NCBI GenBank assembly: GCA_021432655.1
Contig: MU271280.1
Coordinates: 8,473-72,472, forward strand
Source: Atractiella rhizophila
Lineage: Eukaryota
Direction: 5' to 3'
DNA: 64,000 nt
A model generated the notes under the pieces. The model did no database searches, was not told where the DNA came from, and saw only the letters and a list, made by a program, of their open reading frames with translations. Made by a program: the position numbers and the translations under genes. Shown here one piece after another: positions 51,218 to 64,000 of this stretch. Every line of letters begins with the position of its first letter. Position 1 is the first letter of the stretch.

Positions 51218-52300
51218 GAGGGTGTGCTTATCTCAGGCTACTCACGAAGAGATGAAGAGATCGCTTGCGCCGCAAAGGAATCAACACCGATGGTAACGCC
51301 GACATGCAACATGACACCAAAATCCAAAATCGATTATATAACCAACAACGGCCACAATGGGGGGAGGGAGGACAATGAGTTTCAGTTCAGATTGATCCAA
51401 TGATTAACGGCGGTTACAGAGTAAACGGTGAGCCATACATGACTTCTGCTACAACTTCCCCGCCTCGATGTCGAGGTGAGAGACCATCTAAATTTGTGAG
51501 ACAACTCCTACTCGGAAGATAAAATTGCCCACCGAAAACGTATGAGCGGCTCTCTGAGTGTCCCTCCGTTTCCCCCTGTTTCCCCTGTTTGATGTTTCGC
51601 GGATGACATCGATTGCTTCCGCGGGAGACCCTTCCCCAGCGAGCAAGAAATCGGGCTGACTTGCCTATATTCGCATAATGGCGCTCTCAACTTCGGTCAG
51701 GTCAGAGGTTGTGGTGCAGACCCAGTTCGGCCAGTTCGGTAGCTGCCCTTTTAGCCCTATCGACACTCAGCTTAGCAATTTCCACGCCAGTCACCTAAGC
51801 GGGAGAGGTTGTACCGAACGTTGTCATCTTCCTTAAGTGAAGAAAGTGGAGCTGACAAGCGTTGACATCTGCTTGAACTATCGGAGACGCGTGGTAGACT
51901 CTCTCTGCGTCGTCCCAGCTCTGCGCCGAGAAAATCTCTTTCCAAAGGAGCGACAGGTCACTGACTAGTCCTGTTCGCTGAATGGTGGCTGCTAGTCTTG
52001 TTTGCACCATTTCTATCTTGAATCTGCCTCGACAATTTCTAGACAGCGATTGACACCACATTTAGCACTCCGTTTGGGGCACAACTGCTACCTTTCGCTT
52101 ATGAAGCGACAACCCGAACAGATCATCTTGCTGATGATGGGTTACAAGTGGAGCAGTCTATACCCTAGTCTATACCCACGACTAAAACGAGTATGTGTTA
52201 GTAACCTGACGATACTGTTCAAGGATTGTTATATAAGAGCCGCGACAGCTTCCTACCATCGTCAAGTACAGATTCCAAAACTCATCTACCATCCAAAGAA

Positions 52301-53744
<1,444 letters not shown>

Positions 53745-54615
53745 ATTCTTTTACTGGCCCTAAAGTTTGAGGAAGTTACGAAGAGGTACAAAAGAAAGTA
53801 GAGCTAGATACACAAAGTTTGAGATGGAAAAAATATGTGAAACTCATTATCATCTCCTCCATTACCTAAATAACGATAGACCATCAACCCATCAAGCAGG
53901 CAGTAGCTGATGTCGTCTAGGTCTCCTGAGGAAATCCAATTTGGAACTGCTTACGATGACGTGGAAACCTGTTTCCGTAATCGAACGAGTAATGGAAATA
54001 AAGAGAAAGCTTTCTGAGAAAATAGTCATTAACGCGTCCGAGTCGTGGGTCATGAACATGAGCATTGAATACAAAGTCCAAATGGCACAAATCATCTCTA
54101 AACAAGAACGTCGACTTCAACTTCCGACATGCGAAATATGCACTTTCAAAGTACGGACAGCTGGGAGAGGCAAATACAGCTGTTTCCTTGTACAAGGAAA
54201 GGCACCGTTCTAGACACTGTGTATAGGTAGGAAGTCGCTGATTCAGTTGCTCAGGGAAATCGGAGAGCAAATGAACTACATTGGCCAATGCCAAAAGCTC
54301 GGGCTGTCACCTCTGCGAACAAGCTAAGGCCAGAGCAATCCTGAGTAAAGATATGGAAAATGTCAGGTGATCTTGGCGGCGGCATTGCTCCAACAAGGAA
54401 AGTGGCCCCGGAAGCGACCACCTCAGCTCTCCTCCTGACGAAACCGATACGGGTACATATAGGGGCCAGTTCTCCTTTTAACCCTCCAAAAATTATAGTG
54501 ACAAGGAAAGTGGGCTGAGTTTAGACGAAAAACGGGATAACATGGTATCCCAAGAGAGGTACGTGTTCGCTTTTTTACTTGCACCTTCACTGACCTTTGT
54601 CTGGTCTCATAAAGC

Positions 54616-55554
54616 ATGCACCTCGACCCTGCCCTTCGCGACTGGGTCCTCTTCCCCATTTTCATTGTCATGTTGCTTGTCGGCATCCTTCGACACTACG
54701 TCACGCTCCTCGTACAGTCTCCTCCCAAAAAGCTTTCTCTCGCCGCTCTACGGGAACAACGAGCGCTCACCCGAGGTAACATCCTTCGTCAAAACGCCAA
54801 TCATCTACCGCCCCCCATGTTCGAAGCGCAGAAAACTTATTTGCAGGATGCGTACCAAGCAGGGACGTATTTGAAGGAACCGCCTAGGGAGGATGGACAG
54901 GTTGCTCCACCACCTAATCCGCTCACAGATCCGGGAGCGATGGATGGGATGTTGGGGGGATTGAAGAGTCAGATGATCATGATGGTCCCCCAACAGATAT
55001 TGATGTATTGGATCAACGCCTTCTTTTCTGGCTTCGTACTAAGTATGCTTTCTTTCTATCTCCCTCTCAAAAATTCTTTCATTCCTGTTCTTGCCTTACC
55101 GTTGCTGACGGATGAAACTCGGCGGTGGTGGCCAGTCAAACTCCCGTTCCCTCTCACCGCCAAATTCAAGGCTATGCTACAACGGGGCATCGACACGCGC
55201 GACATGGATGTAACCTGGGTCTCGTCCCTCAGCTGGTACTTCCTCAATCTGGTCGGCTTGAATAGTATCTACCGTCTCATCCTAGGTGACGAGAACGGTT
55301 CGTCGTCTCCCCTTTTGTGCTGTCGTGAACTTTCACTAATGTTTGTTTGAGCAGCTGCCGACTCCACGAGGGATATGCAAGCCATGGGCCCTATGGGTGG
55401 AATGGCGGCCATGGGGATGCCTGGTCAACAACAGGACTTTCAGAAGCTCTTCAATGCTGAGAGGGAAAATTTGGAGCTTGTGCATCAGAGCTGGGTTTGT
55501 GACGGGGTGGAAGAGAGGGTCTTGGAAATGTTTGGGAAGGGACAGCCTGTTTAG
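54616..55554 (+). CDS. EMC3: ER membrane protein complex subunit 3
   Basis: LDPALRDWVLFPI, WINAFFSGFV, KLPFPLTAKFKAMLQRG, WVSSLSWYFLN. Confidence 0.95.
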
Positions 55555-56638
55555 ATACCTATACCTTCATGCTAATCTGACTCGTGACCGCGAGCCGCTA
55601 CTCCCGTTTTGCGAATGTGACAATGTGACAATAATAACATGCACTTTGCTGCATTCTCCCACTTTGAACTTCAGGCACTGGCAACCACATTCATAAAAGT
55701 CGGGAGGAAGGGGATAACGTGTTGTGATCATCGAAAAAGGAAAAAGGGACATCCAATGATTTTTCAAATTGATGAGGGTAAGTGGATGAATTTTTCGGTC
55801 TGCGACTTTCGACAGATGCCCATTCACGTCCACTTGAATATCAAAAAAGTCAGCGACGGCTGGGACTCGACTAGCTCTATTACGTTAGAATCGCTCATTC
55901 ATTTGTGTAATTTACCGCATTCTGCGGCGAAAACACATTGTGCACTTCCTGTCTCGGTGGAGGCCTGATGACCGTGATATTCCGACTCTGCGAGCGAGAG
56001 TCGGTACCACCCGCGTTCACCGTTGAATTACCTATATTCTCATAATAGCGTTCTCAGCTTAGCAATCTGAGTCCACGTAGGTCAACTTGTGGGAGTTAAT
56101 GAACAGGAACTTTCTTCGCACCGTTTAGCGGAGGGCTGAGGCTCGCCTGAACACTGTAAATGGGCAGGGCAGTTGTCAGTCCGAGGGATGCTTCTTGCGT
56201 GATGGACACTTCGTTGCTCCGAGAAAGCGTTAATTCTGTAGATGCTTGGCTCATACCATCACAGGTTGTATTCGCTAAACACCGACTGTCAATGTGCTGA
56301 CTGGCCAATCCTAGCGATATCGTCCTTTGTGCACCACCTCTACTGAGAAGCATGCGAAGATTTCTCAGACGGAAAGCAGCACCACGTCTTTGGATGCGAT
56401 GAAGACTACCTTTCGCTTATTAAGCGCCAAATGGAGTAGACCATCCTGCTGATCAACACGTAATGAGTTTACCAGTGGAGCAGTAGTCTAGATACACGAC
56501 TGACAAGTGTGTGTTGGTAATCAGAGCAAGGGAGATAAACGCTAAGGGAAAGTATCGTCGTATAAAAGACTAGAGCGTTTACCTCGACAATTCGCTCAAT
56601 TCCATTCTACTGTCACAACTCAGTTGAGATCCAACAAA

Positions 56639-58082
<1,444 letters not shown>

Positions 58083-58616
58083 ATTCTCTTCTTTACTGGT
58101 TAACAAAGCTAGGGCGTGCTGAAAGAGTAGAGTGCATGACGCCAAAGATCTGAAGACGGAAAGTAGATGCAGGAATACAATATCATGATTTTCCCACTAG
58201 CTGAACTTGAAGGCAGGCAGAGAATAGTTCTGCAGCGGGATAGATAATAGTATAGCAACCACTAATCTTATCTCTTTCTCCCTAAATAATGTTCTTAATT
58301 CTAGATTGTTTCTAGTGACAGTAAACTACTAGCCTAGTCCAGGCAGCTGATGTTTTCAAAACATGTTTTCTGGGCGCGCGATATCGACATAAATCAAACA
58401 GGAACAGATCACATATTGTTTGAAAGGCATACTAAGGATACCGTGACGGAAAGAAACATCATGGTAGAAGGATGGCAATAAAATTTAAAAGGTTTTCTTG
58501 GAAAACATGTCATGATGGTCGTGAACGCAAGCGAGGAATACGACAGCACAAACGTTTAAAGCATGAAATATCCATAAACAAGAAATTCGACTCCAATCAG
58601 ACACACGAAATATTCT

Positions 58617-61600
58617 CTACTTCCAGACAGGCAAAGTACTCTCCCTACGGCTCTTCAACGTCCTCATGCTAGTCGCACTTCCAATGCCGCTTGGTCGTTT
58701 GGCCTTGCGCGGGGTAGCCAGCTTTCTTGCAGTTGACCTAGTATTGGGATTTTCATCTTTGGGTTCCTTGTTATTGAAGATGCGTCTTGGAGGAGGAGGC
58801 ATAAGAACGGAAGAACGTCTAATCTTTTTGGCGCTTCTAATGGGACCGATGTTGGAAGTTCTTCTCTCTGTCCTCTCCGCGCGCTTCTTGCGTGGCGTGC
58901 TCGCATTCTTATTCTCGTTGGTACCAGAGGAGGACACGTCTGAGGAAGGCATAACAATGGGAGCGACGAGGCCGTTTGTCGTACCAGCCATCGAGGTGTT
59001 CGCCATACTTATACTTGCCCTCAGTGGTGGACGTTCCAAACTTGAAGGCTTTTGAATGGAGAAACGTTTGCGAGGCACAGGAATGGAAGAAGTAGAAGTA
59101 TCGATGGAGGCTGTAGACTCGTCTTCCTCACCCAACGAACCAAGGACCGTCCCTTTCGAGGCTGGAATCTTTTTGGACCCAGTTCCAAGAGTTGACACTC
59201 TGGCCGCTCTCTGCTGCCTGATGGCTGCCATAGATTCCACCACCGAAGGTGCAGTGAAAGAGAATTCGCCAGAAGGGAAACGTGAAGAAGCAGTCGAAAC
59301 GTCTGCTTCGCTATTCTTTGTAAGGTTTCCATCCGAAGACCAAGAAGTAGAAGAGTTGGCATGCACGCTTTCTAAGTCTTCACCGTTCTGATCTCTCCAG
59401 CCGACGGCTTTGGCTGGAGCGGCGGCTGTCTTCTTTGCAACGGTTGAGTGGGAGGCTCTGAGAATGCCAGGGCCGGAGGAAACGCTGAGCCTGCTAGGTT
59501 TGCGCTGAGCTTTCGGTCGTGTTGACAGGGAGGCACGTCGGGATGCAGGTGGAGAAGCTTGAGCAAGTGATATGCGAGGAGCCTTTCCTGGACGGGAAGG
59601 CGGGTCAACGTCCATGTCCATCTCGCGGTCCGAAGAGGTAGATCGCTTAATACCAGCGAATGTTCCGGGGAAAGCAGAGGTGGCGAATGCAGCCGGAGAA
59701 ATGGTGGGTGAAGTGGACGTCGCGACGCTAGTCGGAGAATTGAAGGCTTCAGAGAGTTTCGATATCAGCTCATTTTGAGTAGCGGGGTCAAGGACGAGAA
59801 CCAGCTTCAGTACCTGAAGCAAGAGTCTTTGTCCATCTACCCTCCCTTCGACCCTCCCCTTCTCCTCTTCCACTTCGATTTCAAGCCTGACGACTCGCTC
59901 TCGTTCTCTCCACTTCTCCGAAGCCTCGTCACCCTCCACTTTGGCCTGATGGAATTTAGCAGTCTCCCAGAATGCGTGACTTGCCTGCGCGAACGGCTCA
60001 ATGTCGTATTTGGTGTTATGAAGGCGGTTGATCATCTCGTCCATAAACCTATTCCAATCCGCATCTTCTGCTTTCACATCCTTAAGCACCTCTGTGCAGG
60101 CCTTGAGCAAGTGTAAAAGTTCCCTTCCAGCTCCAGCTCTCGCCGCTCGCCTCTTCAGATCCCCCACCCTCTCGTCCGAGAATCCTACCACCTTCTCCCA
60201 CTCTCGCTCAAGCACCTTCAATCCCTCTTTTCTCTCCCTCCTCTCCTTCTCCCTACCCGCTTCCTCAGCGGTACGCTCTCCCGCCTTCAGCGCTGCCACC
60301 TCTTGCCTCAACTCCAAGATGACACGGACATATTGAGAGACATGTCTATCCACCGAAACGGTGTTACGAAGCACCTTGGTCTTGATTTCCTTCGCTCGAT
60401 TAGCATATTTGAGCGTATTGTGCGTTTCATCATAATGGGCACTCGAGGGGGAGAGGCAGACAATCATTGACGTGCGACAATTCCCACCAAGGGAGTGTTT
60501 GAGTAGTCTCGTAAGCTTCGAATCGCGATACGGGACATGATTCCTCTTCCTAGGATCGCAAAGAGCATTGATGCAGTTCCCCAGCGCCAACAGAGATCGG
60601 TTGATGTTTGCACCTTCCACCAACCTCTCACCACGGTTCTTCGTAACGCTCGCCCTCTCCGACCCAGCAAGATCAATCACGTTCAACGTGGCGAGGTTGA
60701 ATTCGTCCGTCGTCCCTCCCCTCTGACGAGTCTTGACGTTGATAAACAACACGGCGTGGGAGCGCGATGACGTCGCATTCGCTTCTGTTGGTGAGACGGT
60801 TCTGACGGAATTGCCTCGGTGGATCATGGCTATGACTTCCTCCGGGGAAGTCGGTATGTGCTCCGAAAGCCCAGGTACGCTCATCTTGCTCCCTTCTAGT
60901 TCGCGGAGCTGAAGGACGCCGGAGGGAGAAAGGAGGTCGCGAATCGTCTCGTTGTATACTTCGAGGTAGGAGATGCTTAGTTCCGTTTGGACGTCGGTGT
61001 TTGAGCTGATTTGTTGGAAGAGGTCGCGCATGATTAGGAAGACGAGGCCAGGTTGTTGCGGTGTGCCAGAGATGGTATGCGTCTTTCCACAACCCGTTGC
61101 CTTTATTCCCAAACGATTCAGAAATCTTCTCAGTCATAGAAAAGAGAGAAAGGGTTTGATAGATGCGTACACCGTAAGCAAACACACTCCCATTGAAACC
61201 AGCCATCACTCCTTTAACCAACTCCGCTGCACTGCCTTCATACACCTCTTCCTGTCCAGCATTCTCATCGAAGACCCGATCAAAGCAAAACCTCATATCC
61301 TTGACCTTCTTACCCCTTCCAGCTTGCTCTCCCAACACTTGTCTATTGAACTGCGACAAGGGGTTCGTGTCGGGCGGATCGAACACAAGGACGCGGTCGT
61401 CCAAGACTTTGAGGATCCGACGTAGGCCTGCTCCGCCTTTGGAAATGGAATGGGAGGGCACGGAGGGAACAGACGGAGCAAGAGAGGTAGTGCTGGAGGA
61501 ACCGAAAGGTGTGAAGGAGGGAGAAGGGCAGGATAGAAGGGATGCCTCTTTCGTAGAGAAAGGGCGGATTCGAACTGGATCATCCACATAAGCCTTCCCC

Positions 61601-61667
61601 AATTATACAATTAAAAAGGAGAAGAGGACACACTGGATACTCGTATTGAGGATGTAGGGTTATCCAT
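58617..61667 (-). CDS. Kinesin-8 family motor (Kip3/Klp5/6-like)
   Basis: VRIRPF, FCFDRVF, FAYG-ATGCGKTHT, NATSSRSH, IDLAGSER, HVPYRDSKLTRLLK. Confidence 0.93.
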
Positions 61668-62940
61668 CTGGATATTCACGACAGCGAAACCACAATATCT
61701 CCTTGAGTGTGCGTCCAAGAAATTCGCGTCTAAGTCGTCACAATTTGCACTCCAAACACTGTTTTCCCTATTTTCGTCTAAGAAGGCGACTGCTGGCGTC
61801 TGATGGAGGGACAAGTGGTTCAGGTGCTGGAGGTCAACAATGTCGCGCTAAAGGCGACCGCTGCACGTGATCCAAATAACGTCGGGAACCTAAGCCAAAG
61901 TTCGCAAACGACCACAATCGATTGTTACAGAATGTCACTCGAGGACCCACCAGCATCAGACATCCAACATCCACTCCAAAGCGTCATCCAAGTATCACCC
62001 TCTGATCCACCCCTCGAGTCTCTCTCCGCCACGTGCCATGATCCCCGCTTCCCATCGCTCGCACCGGACCCGTTCAGCACCCATGCTCACGGACGCGGGG
62101 ACTCCCTCTTCACCCTCGTAGACGCTCCACCTGGACCTGAGATCCCAGCCGGGCATGCTGTACCTAAGGAGCTATGGGCGGAACAGAGTTCTTGGAATGT
62201 AGGTGACTTGGTGGGTCCCCAGGGCGATTGGGTGGTGCAGGCGGGATATGGCAGACCGGACTATGCCTGGTGGACAATCATCAGAGCAACAATAGGGTTA
62301 TCCATCTGGATATTCACGACAGCGAAACCACAATATCTCCTTGAGTGTGCGTCCAAGAAATTCGCGTCTAAGTCGTCACAATTTGCACTCCAAACACTGT
62401 TTTCCCTATTTTCGACTAAGAAGGCGACTGCTGGCGTCTGATGGAGGGACAAGTGGTTCAGTTGCTGGAGGTCAACAATGTCGCGCTGAAGGCGACCCTT
62501 GCACGTGATCCAAATAACGCCGGAACCTAGGCCAAAGTTCGCAAACGACCACAATCGATTGTTACAGAATGTCACACGAGGACATCGCACATCCACCAGC
62601 ATCTGACATCCAACATCCACTCCAAAGCGTCATCCAAGTATCCCCCTCCGATCCACCCCTCGAGTCTCTCTCCGCCACGTGCCATGATCCCCGCTTCCCC
62701 TCGCTCGCACCGGACCCGTTCAGCACCCATGCTCACGGACGCGGGGACTCCCTCTTCACCCTCGTAGACGCTCCACCCGGACCTGAGATCCCAGCCGGGC
62801 ATGCTGTACCTAAGGAGCTGTGGGCGGAACAGAGTTCTTGGAACGTAGGTGACTTGGTGGGTCCCCAGGGCGATTGGGTGGTGCAGGCGGGATATGGCAG
62901 ACCGGACTATGCCTGGTGGACAATCATCAGAGCAACAATA
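61655..62940 (+). repeat. Tandem direct duplication, ~640-bp unit (61655-62292, 62293-62940)
   Basis: Both units start tagggttatccatctggatattcacg and end ggacaatcatcagagcaacaa; a few substitutions and one short indel. Confidence 0.97.
61932..62441 (+). pseudogene. Truncated forkhead 5' copy that reads into the duplicated promoter
   Basis: Near-identical to 62569-62940 up to WWTIIRATI, then an unrelated tail. Confidence 0.8.
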
Positions 62941-64000
62941 TTGGGCAATCCCGAGCAGAGAGTCATGCTCAATGATATCTGCGAGCAGATTGGGACGAGA
63001 TATCCGTATTTCAAGCACGATCCCGAAATCTGGAAGGTACGTCTGTTTGCAACTTGCTCTGAAACGACATTGACTTTTGATTCCCGTTGTGTGGAAAATG
63101 AATGAAGATTACGAAAGCTGCGATTCGTCACAACCTCTCGGTCAAATCCTGCTTCGTCTGGTCTCAACAAGCATCCACAAAGGGAGGATACTGGTCCATC
63201 GACATGTCCGTCGATCCTTCCGTCGGTCGAAAACGAAGTCGACCTCGAGACGGGAACGACGAATCCGAACCACCGACAAAGAGACCACCTGGGCGTCCTC
63301 GCCGAGTTCTCGCCCCAGGAGAGACGTCGAAGGAAGAGTTGGCAGCGGAAGCGAAGCGAGAGCGAGCACGGTTGAAGAGGCAGAGAGATAGAGAGGCGGA
63401 GAGACAGTTGAGGATTGAAGAGCGCGCTGGAGGTGGAGCAGGCGTTGATAGGATCATTGTGTCACATCCTGCGTCGGATGCTGAACTGCTTCAACAAATC
63501 GGCGCTGCTTTCAATGGCGCCGGGTCCCTTCCTCCCGCTCCTCCCATCCAATCCGCCTTCCCAACAACAAACGAAATCATTCGTCCCGCGCTCTCGTTTC
63601 CCGAAATGATAGCCATCGTCCTCACCTCATCTCCAGAAGGAAAAGCCTCAATCTCAACCATCTTCTCCACCATCCAAGAACGCTGGCCATTCTTCACGAC
63701 CGCTGCAGCACCTAAATCGTGGCGAAACACTTGCCGAAACGTCTTATCCACACATCGGTGCTTTCGTAAGATCCCTCGCGGCTCCAACGAAACTGGAAAA
63801 GGCGATTTTTGGTGTCTCATTCCAGGAACGGATACGAGCGCAAAGAAGGAGGTCGGCATAGGAAGTGACGGAAGGAAACTCGAGACCGCTGAGCAGATAC
63901 TACGTCGAATGGAACGCGATGACATCGACCATTCTCCACCTGACCACGAAAACAATTCCTCGCTTTCTCTTTCGGTCGGACTGGACAAGCAGTTAGAGGG
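62569..64000 (+). CDS. Forkhead transcription factor with two forkhead domains (runs off the window)
   Basis: FH1 RPDYAWWTIIRATI...RYPYFK...AIRHNLSVKSCF...KGGYW; FH2 RPALSFPEMIAIVL...RWPFF...SWRNTCRNVLSTHRCFRKIPR...GKGDFW. Confidence 0.88.

Noticed and set aside
51300..52200. Possible ncRNA in the long intergenic region
   Set aside because: No tRNA, snRNA or snoRNA hallmark could be recognised by eye; an Rfam/Infernal scan would be needed.
58666..60336. Plus-strand ORFs overlapping kinesin-8
   Set aside because: Antisense shadows of a long coding exon.

Overview
Intron-rich fungal genomic DNA, probably a basidiomycete (inferred from gene families and short GT-AG introns), with four 25-N gaps at 5526-5550, 6435-6459, 29390-29414 and 36205-36229. 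The left ~37 kb is accessory and repeat-rich. It holds an SDR gene, an Amun-like HhH gene, a Ty3/gypsy element, decayed hAT transposons with nested solo LTRs, a Crinkler-like gene (Ubl header, REase, kinase), four GH18 chitinase loci and a patatin fragment. The right ~27 kb is a housekeeping block: complex I 49-kDa subunit, PNGase A, RPL13, MRPL22, ArsB-like transporter, BSP peptidase, WRAP53/TCAB1-like WD40, two Old Yellow Enzymes flanking EMC3, kinesin-8 and a double-forkhead factor. The most striking observation is that 25996-29389 is reversed but not complemented. Read backwards it completes the chitinase begun at 25680, and its complement read forwards encodes an AGC kinase; neither is visible to six-frame translation. 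An assembly or gap-filling artefact is the most likely cause. Also notable: a 1.9-kb inversion between two inverted solo LTRs indicated by swapped target-site duplications, a head-to-head chitinase duplication giving a chitinase/MCP1 chimera, and a tandem duplication of the kinesin/forkhead shared promoter. Most gene boundaries were read by eye and exon structures are approximate.
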